A stretch of DNA of 64,000 nucleotides, taken from positions 5,502 through 69,501 of the forward strand of contig JAPLXP010000002.1 of the NCBI GenBank assembly GCA_026396015.1, in the 5' to 3' direction. Below, piece by piece: positions 1 through 9,710 of this stretch (the stretch's first letter is position 1; each line of letters opens with the position of its first letter). Both the position numbers and the translations under genes were made by a program. This stretch comes from Candidatus Nomurabacteria bacterium. GTDB lineage: Bacteria > Patescibacteriota > Minisyncoccia > Phycocordibacterales > UBA9973. The notes under the pieces were generated by a model. It was not told the origin of the DNA, did no database searches, and saw only the letters and a list, made by a program, of their open reading frames with translations.

Positions 1-1
1 G

Positions 2-634
2 AAACTGGAAAAAACATCAGTTGAAACTCCTCTGATTATTGAATTTCATAAAATTATGAATTCAAGAGAAATCCGGGATGAGATTGTTTCTCTTATTTGC
101 CAGCAAAACCAAAAAATAGTGGACAAAATAACTACACCAGAAGTTCCAATTTTACCAAAAGACGTAACATTCATTGGAATCGGGATGATTGGATCGGCCT
201 TAGCTGTATTGGCATCTAAAGAACACAACAATCATGTTCTATTTGTAGACGAAGGAGATACTAAAAGTATGGAATTCTACCGTGGAAATAATTGCCTTTT
301 TATTAAAGATGAGATTGTTAATGGAACAAAAACCATCGAAATAATAAGCGAAGCCCAAAGATTAGGACACAAAACACTGGGAATCATAACCATCATGAAT
401 GAAAATTTACCCTTAACAAGAGAAAGATTTATGGGTAAATCTGGGGTTGATAAAACTAAATTACCGATTCCTTGTCCAATATATTCAATATTGACTCCTC
501 AAAAAATATACAAGGAATTAATTGAATTAGAACAAAAAGAAACAGCAGACAGGTACCAGGCAGCATCAAATTTTGATATTACAGATAACGAAGAAATATC
601 CAAAAATGACACCCAACAAGGGGCAGCGAGCTAA
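2..634 (+). CDS. PRTase-like (PyrE-like, divergent) protein, 5'-truncated by window edge
   Basis: Frame is open from position 2 (KLEKTSVETPLIIEFHKIM...). CLFIKDEIVNGTKT resembles a degenerate type I PRPP-binding loop. Confidence 0.4.
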   Translation, partial: KLEKTSVETPLIIEFHKIMNSREIRDEIVSLICQQNQKIVDKITTPEVPILPKDVTFIGIGMIGSALAVLASKEHNNHVLFVDEGDTKSMEFYRGNNCLFIKDEIVNGTKTIEIISEAQRLGHKTLGIITIMNENLPLTRERFMGKSGVDKTKLPIPCPIYSILTPQKIYKELIELEQKETADRYQAASNFDITDNEEISKNDTQQGAAS

Positions 635-644
635 TCAAATTAAT

Positions 645-676
645 AAGTGCTATCAAGATTTATCTTGATAGCACTT
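645..676. terminator. Bidirectional intrinsic terminator
   Basis: AAGTGCTATCAAGAT-TT-ATCTTGATAGCACTT between convergent genes. Confidence 0.75.
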
Positions 677-678
677 TT

Positions 679-1935
679 TTATTCCTTATTTAGGGCTTGT
701 ATTGGATCCATGCGGGCGGCATTGCGAGCTGGGAATACTCCAAATATGATACCGATGATCATAGACACAGAGATGGCCATGACTACACCCCATAGCGGCA
801 CCACGAATGCCCAAGCAAAACCAAAGCTCTGGGCGACTTTCGATATCAAGAATGCGCCAGCCGCCCCACCGAGGACTCCAACGACTCCTCCGAGTAGTGT
901 CAGGAGTACAGCTTCTATCAGGAATTCATAGAGTATGTCATTGTATTTAGCACCTAGAGCCTTTTTTAATCCAATCTCACCGATACGCTCTGTGACTACC
1001 ACATACATGATATTCATCACACCTACTCCACCCACGAGCAGTGATATAGCAGCAATAGCGATCAGGAGAAAAGTGACCGCACGGAGAATAGTATTAAAAG
1101 TATCCAGACTCTGAGCCTGAGTTTGCACTTTAAAATCATCTTTGGCTGGATCTTGGATATAGTGATTGCGTCGCAATACATCAGCGATATCAAGTGATGT
1201 AGCATCAGCCTTTGTATTATCACTGAGTTCTGCTACTGCATAGAATAAATAGTCCACTCCCAATATTTTTTTCTGTAATGTAGTGATAGGGATAAAGACT
1301 TGTTCATCATCATTTGAAAAACCAAAGCTACCCCTACGTGCATAGGTACCGATCACTTCAAAATTGTATTCACCAACACGTATGATTTTTCCAAGTGGAT
1401 CATTCTCTCCAAAGAAATCTACTGCTATATCGTGACCTAGTACTGCCACCTGAGCAAGTGATCTATCTTCATCAGAGCTATACCCCCTGCCTTTTTCGAT
1501 GACACCCTTATCAATATCAAAACGATTTGAATCTGCTCCAAAGATAAAAGTGTTTTTAGAAATATTTCCATAGCTGACTACTTTTTGACCCAAGGCAGCG
1601 CCGTATGAATTCTTTACATTAGGCAGTGATCTCATATCCAATACGTCTCTATTTTTCAGAGTTGTGATAGGCACAGCATTCGAGGCTGAGTTGTTAGCTG
1701 AGCCATCAGATCCTGAATTACGAGACTTTGTAGAAGCAGGAACAGAGGTCTGGATAATCACAGTATTTGAACCAAAGGCATCCACCTGCGCATTGATATA
1801 ACTCTTGAATCCCTCACCTGCAGACAAGACCAGCACCACAGTACCGATACCAATCATGATGCCCAGAGTCGTCAAAATAGTCCTAGATGGATTTGAAGAT
1901 ATTCCGCGTTTTACTTGTTTTAAATAAGTGCTCAT
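679..1935 (-). CDS. MacB/FtsX-family ABC transporter permease
   Basis: LTTLGIMIGIG N-terminal TM, GGVGVMNIM and ERIGEIGLKKALGA motifs, ends DPIQAL. Confidence 0.92.
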   Translation of the reverse strand: MSTYLKQVKRGISSNPSRTILTTLGIMIGIGTVVLVLSAGEGFKSYINAQVDAFGSNTVIIQTSVPASTKSRNSGSDGSANNSASNAVPITTLKNRDVLDMRSLPNVKNSYGAALGQKVVSYGNISKNTFIFGADSNRFDIDKGVIEKGRGYSSDEDRSLAQVAVLGHDIAVDFFGENDPLGKIIRVGEYNFEVIGTYARRGSFGFSNDDEQVFIPITTLQKKILGVDYLFYAVAELSDNTKADATSLDIADVLRRNHYIQDPAKDDFKVQTQAQSLDTFNTILRAVTFLLIAIAAISLLVGGVGVMNIMYVVVTERIGEIGLKKALGAKYNDILYEFLIEAVLLTLLGGVVGVLGGAAGAFLISKVAQSFGFAWAFVVPLWGVVMAISVSMIIGIIFGVFPARNAARMDPIQALNKE

Positions 1936-1944
1936 ATATATAAA

Positions 1945-3210
1945 TTATTCGTATCTTAATGCATCGATAGGGTCGAGCTTCGCAGCTTTTAGCGCCGGGA
2001 AAATTCCGAATATCAATCCAATCAAGACAGACACTCCAACCGAGATGATAATAGCAAAAGGAGAAATAATAAATGACCAATCATATCCCGCATACTGTGC
2101 ACCGATAGATATCAAAAATGAGACGATACTGCCAAAGACAATACCGACGAGACCACCGAGTGATGTCAGGATAATAGCTTCAAATAAAAATTGGTTTTGA
2201 ATCTGTTTTCTTGTAGCACCTAGAGCTTTACGTAGTCCGATCTCGCGAGTACGCTCCGTCACTGTTACAAGCATTATATTCATAATACCTATACCACCGA
2301 CGATCAGTGAAATACCAGCCATCAATCCTAGGAACATACGCAATACATCCGTGATACTCGTGAGCACCTTGATAGCATCAGCTAGGTCTCGTACAGAAAA
2401 ATCGTCATCATCATTACCACCTATACGATGTTGGCGTCGTAGAGTATTTTGTATATCAGAAATTGTGGATTTTACATTTGCTGTATCGTTTACCTTAGCA
2501 CGGATAAATTGAACATAGTCGATACCTAGAATTTGTCTCTGACCTATAGAGAAAGGAATAAATACTTGATCGTCTTGATTCTGGAATGCTACAGTCCCCA
2601 TCTTTTTCTGAATACCAATAACTCGAAATGGAATACTTCCTCCTGAATTTCCAGAAGATTTTATCTTTACGATATTTCCAATAGCTCCTCCATTTGGGAA
2701 GATAGCAGTGGCCACATCATATCCGAGCACGATAACATTTGCACCAGAATTTGCCTGATCATCAGAAAAGAATTCACCGCTCTCCATCTCCACATTTTGT
2801 ACGCGAGGATAGCTGCCGTCTGTCGCAGTAAAGGATGTATCTATACTCTCTCCATTACCTATCACGGTAGTATTACCACGTACAAAAGCTGCGACATCTG
2901 TCACATTTGGAGCATTGCCTATGTCACGAATTGCTGCTACGTCTGACAATGTTAATGTTTTTATTTGCACACCGAATACTGCTGCAGGAGGACCACTGTC
3001 ATTACTCTTGCCAGGTAGTACACCAACTAGATTGCTGCCGAGTTTAGTGATCTGACCCAATACCAGAGACTGAGCTCCAGCACCCAGCGAGATGATTATT
3101 ATCACACCGGCCACTCCTATCACCACACCGAGTATCGTCAAAAAAGACCTGACCTTGCGGGCCAGTAGTGTCCTCCATGTCATACTAAATGTTGCAATAA
3201 ATGTTTTCAT
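1945..3210 (-). CDS. MacB/FtsX-family ABC transporter permease (paralog)
   Basis: RSFLTILGVVIG, GGIGIMNIMLVTVTERTREIGLRKALGA, DPIDALRYE. Start moved to ATG at 3210. Confidence 0.93.
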   Translation of the reverse strand: MKTFIATFSMTWRTLLARKVRSFLTILGVVIGVAGVIIIISLGAGAQSLVLGQITKLGSNLVGVLPGKSNDSGPPAAVFGVQIKTLTLSDVAAIRDIGNAPNVTDVAAFVRGNTTVIGNGESIDTSFTATDGSYPRVQNVEMESGEFFSDDQANSGANVIVLGYDVATAIFPNGGAIGNIVKIKSSGNSGGSIPFRVIGIQKKMGTVAFQNQDDQVFIPFSIGQRQILGIDYVQFIRAKVNDTANVKSTISDIQNTLRRQHRIGGNDDDDFSVRDLADAIKVLTSITDVLRMFLGLMAGISLIVGGIGIMNIMLVTVTERTREIGLRKALGATRKQIQNQFLFEAIILTSLGGLVGIVFGSIVSFLISIGAQYAGYDWSFIISPFAIIISVGVSVLIGLIFGIFPALKAAKLDPIDALRYE

Positions 3211-3211
3211 T

Positions 3212-3928
3212 TTAAGCTTCCTCTTCTTCTTTTGAATGCAATCTCTCTGCCTCAGCGACAGCCTCATCGGCTACGATGTCTCCATCACGAATAGTCACGA
3301 TGCGCTTTGCGTGCATTGCCACACTAGTGTCATGAGTCACCAGGATTATAGTCTTGCCTTCATTATTTAATCTCTCCAATATGTGCATCACGGTAGATCC
3401 AGATTTTGAATCCAGATTTCCTGTAGGCTCATCAGCAAAGATTACCTTTGGATCACAGACTAGTGCACGTGCTATAGCTACGCGCTGCTTTTGACCACCC
3501 GATATTTGATTGCTCATAAAATCTAGACGATGACCTAGTCCTACAGCTTCCAGAGCACTCTTTGCACGTGCCTGTGCATCCCCTTTTTTAGAGCTGTATT
3601 GTAGTGGTAGAGCCACATTGTCCAATACCGTAGTACGTGGCAATAGATTGAATGACTGAAAGACGAATCCAATACGCTCATTTCTAATACGAGCCAAATC
3701 ATCATCACTAAAATTTTTAGTATCCACATTATCAAAAAGATAATCACCAGTAGTCGGACGATCGAGAAATCCTATTATGTGCATCATTGTAGATTTACCA
3801 GATCCAGAAGGACCCATAATCGCGACGAATTCCCCTTCTGCGACAGAAAGATTTATACCCTTGAGAACATTTGTCACGACACCACCGTTGTCATAACTTT
3901 TAATTATATTTTTAAGTTGTATCAACAT
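3212..3928 (-). CDS. ABC transporter ATP-binding protein (MacB/LolD-like)
   Basis: Walker A GPSGSGKS, signature ISGGQKQRVAIARAL, Walker B IFADEPTGNLD. Confidence 0.95.
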   Translation of the reverse strand: MLIQLKNIIKSYDNGGVVTNVLKGINLSVAEGEFVAIMGPSGSGKSTMMHIIGFLDRPTTGDYLFDNVDTKNFSDDDLARIRNERIGFVFQSFNLLPRTTVLDNVALPLQYSSKKGDAQARAKSALEAVGLGHRLDFMSNQISGGQKQRVAIARALVCDPKVIFADEPTGNLDSKSGSTVMHILERLNNEGKTIILVTHDTSVAMHAKRIVTIRDGDIVADEAVAEAERLHSKEEEEA

Positions 3929-3931
3929 AAA

Positions 3932-5476
3932 TTATTGTTTGATCAGCAAGACAAATTCTTCACCATTTGATATTCCAGAAGTCACATCTACTAGACCACC
4001 ATCACCCTCTAGTCCAGTTGTCACAGGAACTTCCTTATATGTTTTCTTTTTTGTGTCAGTCACGATGCGGATAATCTTGCCTGTATCTTTTGTGATCAAT
4101 GCACGAGAAGGCACGACGATCGCACCAGCTTTTTCGGCAATCAATATAGTCATATTTGCAGTCATACCAGGGCGCAATCCAGGAACCTGCTCAATTGTTG
4201 ATTTTATTTTATAATTTACAACACCAGATACAACAGTAGAAGAGGGATCGACTTCTGTGATAACACCAGTAAAGACCTTGTCTACACCAAATGCATCAAA
4301 ATTTACAGACACAGTTGCACCCAGTTTAACATTGGCAATATTTGCTTCATTTATATTTGCTTCTAGATACATATTCTTTATATCTTGCAAAATCATGACT
4401 TCTTTTTGAGGTACAGCCAATTCTCCAATTTTAATATCAAGAGATGTGATAGTACCATCTGCAGGTGCACGCAATATTGTATTTTCATACACGGCACTCG
4501 CCTGCTCGAACTGACCCTGAGCCTGGAGAATATCTGCCTTTGCTAGATCAATGTCTGCAGGGCGAGCCTGAGACTTCTTGAGGGCCAACTCTGCAGTCCT
4601 CTGATCTATAACTGCAGAAGCAGTAGCCAATGCAGCAGACTGAGTTTTTAGTGCACTCTGATAAGCATTGTAGTTTGTAAGATAATTTGATGCCTTTTTA
4701 TTTGGAATACTTACAGTCCAGTCATTTATAGTCACAGAGCCCGTAGCTGGCAACGCAATATACAATCCTGAATTACCGATTTGTTGAGGACTAGATGTAT
4801 TCAAAGTACCAGACCCAGAAACCAATCCTGATGTACTAAAGTAAAGACCATTACCAGTCTGATACACAGATATCTTGATATCACCTTCTTTACCACCAGA
4901 ATAATTACCAGAGATTACTAGAGGTGTATAATTTTGAGTATTAGAAGATGGAACAGCTTCTGGATATGAATTCAATAAATTATTATAAGCATTTTGAACC
5001 AGAGTATCTTGTGTTAGTTTTATATTTTGAAGATCGCGGTTCGCATTGTCTAATGCAATTGTTGAAATAATTATTTCTTCATTTGATGCGCCGGATAATA
5101 TTTTGTCATATTTAGCTTTTGCTGCAGCTACAGCACCACGAGCAGAAGTCAAAGATGCCCCGACTGTACCCTGATCAAGAGTAGCGAGTATTTGCCCTTT
5201 TCGCACTACGTCCCCCACCTTTACTCGAACAGAAGTCACAATACCACTACCATTGAAAGATAATTTTAAATCAGTATTCGAAGTCACTTGCCCTGTGGCC
5301 AGTACGGTCTGCTTTAGATCTACTGTCTTTGCAAAATCTGTGGTTGTATTTTTGGCTGCATCATTCATATGCATTAGCTTGTACCCTCCCCAAATAACCA
5401 CGATTAATCCGAGTGGAATTAGAATTCTTTTTCTTAGAGTAAATTCTTTAATTTTTTGTATAAATGTTTTTTCCAT
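3932..5476 (-). CDS. Efflux periplasmic adaptor (MacA/HlyD family)
   Basis: N-terminal TM, lipoyl-like VKVGDVVRKGQILATLD and LRAPADGTI, coiled coil, LRPGMTA. Confidence 0.9.
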   Translation of the reverse strand: MEKTFIQKIKEFTLRKRILIPLGLIVVIWGGYKLMHMNDAAKNTTTDFAKTVDLKQTVLATGQVTSNTDLKLSFNGSGIVTSVRVKVGDVVRKGQILATLDQGTVGASLTSARGAVAAAKAKYDKILSGASNEEIIISTIALDNANRDLQNIKLTQDTLVQNAYNNLLNSYPEAVPSSNTQNYTPLVISGNYSGGKEGDIKISVYQTGNGLYFSTSGLVSGSGTLNTSSPQQIGNSGLYIALPATGSVTINDWTVSIPNKKASNYLTNYNAYQSALKTQSAALATASAVIDQRTAELALKKSQARPADIDLAKADILQAQGQFEQASAVYENTILRAPADGTITSLDIKIGELAVPQKEVMILQDIKNMYLEANINEANIANVKLGATVSVNFDAFGVDKVFTGVITEVDPSSTVVSGVVNYKIKSTIEQVPGLRPGMTANMTILIAEKAGAIVVPSRALITKDTGKIIRIVTDTKKKTYKEVPVTTGLEGDGGLVDVTSGISNGEEFVLLIKQ

Positions 5477-5479
5477 ATT

Positions 5480-5863
5480 TTATTTAATACCAGTTAGTTC
5501 TACGTCGAAAATCAAAGTTGCATTTGCAGGTATGACCGGTGGTATTCCAGCCGCTCCGTATGCTTTTTCAGGTGCGATAGTTAATGTCTTCTTTTCTCCC
5601 ACCTTCATACTAACGAGACCTTCATCCCAACCTTTTATAACCATTCCTGAGCCTAATTTAAATTCAAAAGGTTGAACATGGCCAAACTTAGGATCTACAT
5701 TTGAATCAAACACGGTGCCATCTACAAGGCGACCAGTATAATTCATTGATAATACATCTCCATTTTTTGATATTTTTTCCATAGGTTTATATTTTAGTAA
5801 AAAGTAAAAAGCGACAAAAGTTAAAACAATGATTAATAATGAAATAATTAATTTTTTATTCAT
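5480..5863 (-). CDS. FKBP-type peptidyl-prolyl cis-trans isomerase, membrane-anchored
   Basis: YTGRLVDGTVFDS, VIKGWDEGL, AYG..G..IPANATLIFDVEL. Confidence 0.95.
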   Translation of the reverse strand: MNKKLIISLLIIVLTFVAFYFLLKYKPMEKISKNGDVLSMNYTGRLVDGTVFDSNVDPKFGHVQPFEFKLGSGMVIKGWDEGLVSMKVGEKKTLTIAPEKAYGAAGIPPVIPANATLIFDVELTGIK

Positions 5864-5876
5864 ATAGGGTTAAATT

Positions 5877-5908
5877 AAAATGCTACTATAAGCATATAGT
5901 AGCATTTT
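5877..5908. terminator. Inverted repeat / terminator
   Basis: AAAATGCTACTATA-AGCA-TATAGTAGCATTTT. Confidence 0.6.
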
Positions 5909-5925
5909 GGGGACATTTTTTAAAG

Positions 5926-6087
5926 CTAAATTAATCCCATTAGTAGAGCAAAAGTAAATGCTACACCGAGAATTCCAAGCACAGGATGTATCTTCCATAG
6001 AATAATATCGATAAGCAAAAGAATACCAAAATATAGATATCCGATGTGACCAATAGTGATTAGAACTTTTGAAAAAATTGTATTCAT
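5926..6087 (-). CDS. Small 53-aa two-TM membrane protein (not in ORF track)
   Basis: Translated by hand: MNTIFSKVLITIGHIGYLYFGILLLIDIILWKIHPVLGILGVAFTFALLMGLI*. ATG is 3 nt after the ATPase stop. Confidence 0.65.
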   Translation of the reverse strand: MNTIFSKVLITIGHIGYLYFGILLLIDIILWKIHPVLGILGVAFTFALLMGLI

Positions 6088-6090
6088 ATT

Positions 6091-7938
6091 TTATATAATA
6101 TCACGCCCAGCACGCAGTGCATAGAGTATAACAACAATATCAATACCCTCTTGAATCAAAGCGCCATATAGTGGTAAAAGCTTTCCAGACAGAGACACAA
6201 ACATACAGACAGCAGAAAGTCCAATACCGATAAAGATTCCCTCTCGAGCTACTCGTACAGTACGTACAGCAATCTTATAGGCTTCAGGAACCTTCTCGAT
6301 AGATCCAGACACTATTACGATATCAGCGCTCTCTGATGCAGCAGTAGCTCCATGTGAACCTAATGCAATACCAACGTCCGCTTGTGCCAATGCTGGTGCA
6401 TCATTCACACCATCACCGATCATAGCTACTTTTAATCCGCTCTTTTGAAGATCTCGAACAACAGTCAATTTTTCATCTGGAAGACATTCTGCTTTGTATT
6501 CATTTATCTTCATAGATGAAGCTATCGAAACTGCAACACTCTCCTTGTCTCCAGAGAGCAACATGAATCTTTTAATTCCCAAAGTTGATAAATCTGAGAA
6601 AACTTTTCTTGCCTCTGGACGAATTTCATCCTTAAAAGATATCATTCCAATTAAATTAGTCCCCTTGCCCAGATAGACAGGAATGACTCCTTCATTTCTA
6701 GTCTTCACATATTCTTTATTTAGCTCATCACTCACGACAATTCCATTCTTTACAAGGTAAGCCAACTTTCCAAAGAAATATTTTTCACCATTTACTATAC
6801 CATTCACGCCGTCGCCAAATACTTCTTTGAAATCATCTGGGTAGATTAATTTATGAGACTTTGAATGAGCATGATCTACGAGTGATCGTGCAAAAATATG
6901 AACAGACAATTGATCCAGTGACGCAGCTATTTTTATAACTTCATCTTCTGCAATACCAGCAAAGCCTTTTATTTCGTGTATAGCGGGAATACCCATTGTG
7001 ATAGTGCCTGTCTTATCGAATACGCACATATCTACTTTTGAGAGTAGTTCTAGCGCGCCACCATTTTTGACTATGATACCTACGCGAGACGCACGGCTCA
7101 TGCCAGACATGAATGCGATAGGAGTAGCTAGTATGAGTGGACATGGAGTAGCTACTACGAGCACAGCGAGCATTCTAATCGGTCCACCAAAATAATATGC
7201 GAGTGCTGCCATGATGATAGTAAATACAGTAAAGTAAACACTGTATTTATCTGCCATTCGCACAAAAGGAGCTTTATTTTCTTCAGCTTGACGCACCATA
7301 TTGATAATCGTGTGAAGTCTTGAATCAGACAATTCTTTTGTGACACGGATTTCCAATGCCGCATCAGTATTTTTTGTACCAGCGAGGACTACACTACCAA
7401 CTTCTTTTTTATTTGGCACAGACTCCCCTGTCATCACAGATTCATCTACGTAAGATTCTCCATTTTCAACCACACCATCAGAAGGAATAATTTCTCCGGC
7501 CTTTACTATTATGTAGTCATTTATTTTAATTTCAGAGCTATCGATATCCACTACTCCGTTATCTTTTTTGACATGAGTCTTCTGTGGTATCAGATTCAGC
7601 AAGTCAGAGAGTGCGCGTCGAGCACGATTCATAGCATATGATTCCAATGCCTCTCCACCTGAGAGCATGAGCAGTACGATAATACCTGGGAGATACTGTC
7701 CGAATATCAATGAACACAATAATGCCAATCCAGCCACAAGATCTACACCAAAATGTTTTTTAATAATACTCGATACTATCTCGTACCAAAGGGGTATAGA
7801 AAAAATACAAAGAATAGCTAATGATAACTGTTGGGCAAATAAATTTATTTTAAAAATGTAGGAAATAAAAACAAGCAGCAATGCACTCAGTGCGACAAAA
7901 GGAGTCCATGATCGGACCTTGGAAATAATATGTATCAT
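6091..7938 (-). CDS. Heavy-metal P1B-type ATPase (P1B-5-like motifs)
   Basis: TGES, TPCPL, DKTGT, GDGVNDAPAL, and C-terminal P-x6-QEGID. Confidence 0.9.
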   Translation of the reverse strand: MIHIISKVRSWTPFVALSALLLVFISYIFKINLFAQQLSLAILCIFSIPLWYEIVSSIIKKHFGVDLVAGLALLCSLIFGQYLPGIIVLLMLSGGEALESYAMNRARRALSDLLNLIPQKTHVKKDNGVVDIDSSEIKINDYIIVKAGEIIPSDGVVENGESYVDESVMTGESVPNKKEVGSVVLAGTKNTDAALEIRVTKELSDSRLHTIINMVRQAEENKAPFVRMADKYSVYFTVFTIIMAALAYYFGGPIRMLAVLVVATPCPLILATPIAFMSGMSRASRVGIIVKNGGALELLSKVDMCVFDKTGTITMGIPAIHEIKGFAGIAEDEVIKIAASLDQLSVHIFARSLVDHAHSKSHKLIYPDDFKEVFGDGVNGIVNGEKYFFGKLAYLVKNGIVVSDELNKEYVKTRNEGVIPVYLGKGTNLIGMISFKDEIRPEARKVFSDLSTLGIKRFMLLSGDKESVAVSIASSMKINEYKAECLPDEKLTVVRDLQKSGLKVAMIGDGVNDAPALAQADVGIALGSHGATAASESADIVIVSGSIEKVPEAYKIAVRTVRVAREGIFIGIGLSAVCMFVSLSGKLLPLYGALIQEGIDIVVILYALRAGRDII

Positions 7939-7956
7939 ATGTGCATTATAGCATAA

Positions 7957-9252
7957 CTACTTTTTGCCCCGAGAGATCCAATAAATAACAAGAATATAAA
8001 GGGAAATAACAACATATATAGGAAAAGAATGAATTATAATACTGGCGAGTGGTAAAGATGCAAAAATATGAATAGTTTTTAATATATAAAATAGTGATAT
8101 ATAAGCAACATATCCAAATATTATAGATAAACCAGAGCTAATAAATCCAACAACACCCACGATAAACGCCGAGAGCATTGTAATAGGAATAAATGGCAAA
8201 ATTAAAACATTGGCTGGGAATGATACGAGAGACAATACTCCAGTGCTATAGAGTAGCAGTGGCAGTACTGCAATCTCGGCTGCAATAGTAGTAGCAGCTA
8301 TCTCTCTTATTCCAAACCGGCTAGGCAACCAAAGTACCCAGATCCCTACCCGAGGGGTAATATACAGAATTCCAAATGTCGCAAGAAATGATAATTGAAA
8401 CGAGGAATCAGTCACAACTCTCGGGTCGTAAGCAAACATCAAGAGACCTGCTACCACCAATGCCCTACCCGCATCATATTCACGTCCATGAATCCTACCA
8501 AGAAGTGCGATACATGCCATGACCCCAGCACGCACGGCAGAAGCACCAGACCCAGCCATCACTACGAATAGGATTATCATAAATATTCCAAATCCAGCAG
8601 AGATAGTTTTTGATAAAAATAAATTAAATATGCGCATGACCGATGTGGCGACTATGGTCACATTGTATCCCGAGAGTGCGATGATATGTATAGTACCTGT
8701 CGTCACAAATTCATCACGAGTCTCATTGCTAAAGTTCCCCTTCGATCCGAGGAGTAGTCCTCCTGCTAAATCACTTTCAGGTGAACGTAATGCTCGATTG
8801 ATATTTTTTGTAAAAGAATTTCTTAATTTAAATAAATATTTTTTAATAAAATTTCCATTATTGTGAGACAAAACATCCACCCCTGCATACTGCACAATAA
8901 AATAAATATCTCTATTAGATAGGTATCTTTGGTAATTAAATTCTTTGCCAGTATTGGTTATAAAATTTTCTGGAGTTTCCAATTTGCCTACTACATGTAT
9001 CTCATCTCCGTATTCTATATCTGTATCAATACTTGCCACTACCAATATATTAGTGTCTGTACCTTTTGGATTCACAATCAGTCTCTGATTCCCAGTACGA
9101 ACATCTGGTGCATCTACGACCACTCCATCAAATTCTATCCTCTTCCCTACACTATCAAAATACCCACGCGGTGACGTAGGTATAAAATACAAAAAGCGTA
9201 TGAGTGCTATAGATAAAAGTATTATTACAATTATTATTTCACGAGTTCGCAT
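7957..9252 (-). CDS. comEC: ComEC/Rec2 competence channel (no metallo-beta-lactamase domain)
   Basis: GTIHIIALSGYNV, SAVRAGVM, SFQLSFLATFG, N-terminal OB-like region. Confidence 0.92.
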   Translation of the reverse strand: MRTREIIIVIILLSIALIRFLYFIPTSPRGYFDSVGKRIEFDGVVVDAPDVRTGNQRLIVNPKGTDTNILVVASIDTDIEYGDEIHVVGKLETPENFITNTGKEFNYQRYLSNRDIYFIVQYAGVDVLSHNNGNFIKKYLFKLRNSFTKNINRALRSPESDLAGGLLLGSKGNFSNETRDEFVTTGTIHIIALSGYNVTIVATSVMRIFNLFLSKTISAGFGIFMIILFVVMAGSGASAVRAGVMACIALLGRIHGREYDAGRALVVAGLLMFAYDPRVVTDSSFQLSFLATFGILYITPRVGIWVLWLPSRFGIREIAATTIAAEIAVLPLLLYSTGVLSLVSFPANVLILPFIPITMLSAFIVGVVGFISSGLSIIFGYVAYISLFYILKTIHIFASLPLASIIIHSFPIYVVISLYILVIYWISRGKK

Positions 9253-9710
9253 TTGCCTGTACTTGAAAAACTTGTAGCTATTTGATCAGCGCGTTCGTTG
9301 TAAATGTGGCCACTGTGGCCTTTTACTTTTTCCCATGAGAGTTTGCCCTGGTATCCACGTACCAGACCGATGAGTTCCTGCCAGAGATCTTGATTCAATA
9401 CAGGTTTTTTATTTGCAGTTCTCCAGCCATTGCGCTCCCAGTTTGCGACCCAAGAATTCACTCCACCTAGTACATAGGCAGAATCAGCACAGATATTTAC
9501 CTCAGGGAAACTTTTTAGACTAGACAAATATCGCAGTGTCTCAATCACTCCTTTTAATTCCATTCGGTTATTTGTAGTAGCCTTTTCATAACCACCTAGC
9601 TCATATACAATTTTATCTCCCTCCACCATCACAGCACCATATCCCCCAGGTCCAGGATTCCCTAGTGAAGATCCGTCTGTATATACATCAATTTTTTTCA
9701 TACTATTCAT
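9234..9710 (-). CDS. rnhA: Ribonuclease HI
   Basis: YTDGSSLGNPGPGGYG, TTNNRMEL, DSAYV, KVKGHSG..NERAD. Confidence 0.96.
   Translation of the reverse strand: MNSMKKIDVYTDGSSLGNPGPGGYGAVMVEGDKIVYELGGYEKATTNNRMELKGVIETLRYLSSLKSFPEVNICADSAYVLGGVNSWVANWERNGWRTANKKPVLNQDLWQELIGLVRGYQGKLSWEKVKGHSGHIYNERADQIATSFSSTGKCELVK

Noticed and set aside
679-5476. MacAB-like system as a macrolide-resistance determinant
   Set aside because: A common envelope ABC family; substrate cannot be inferred from sequence.
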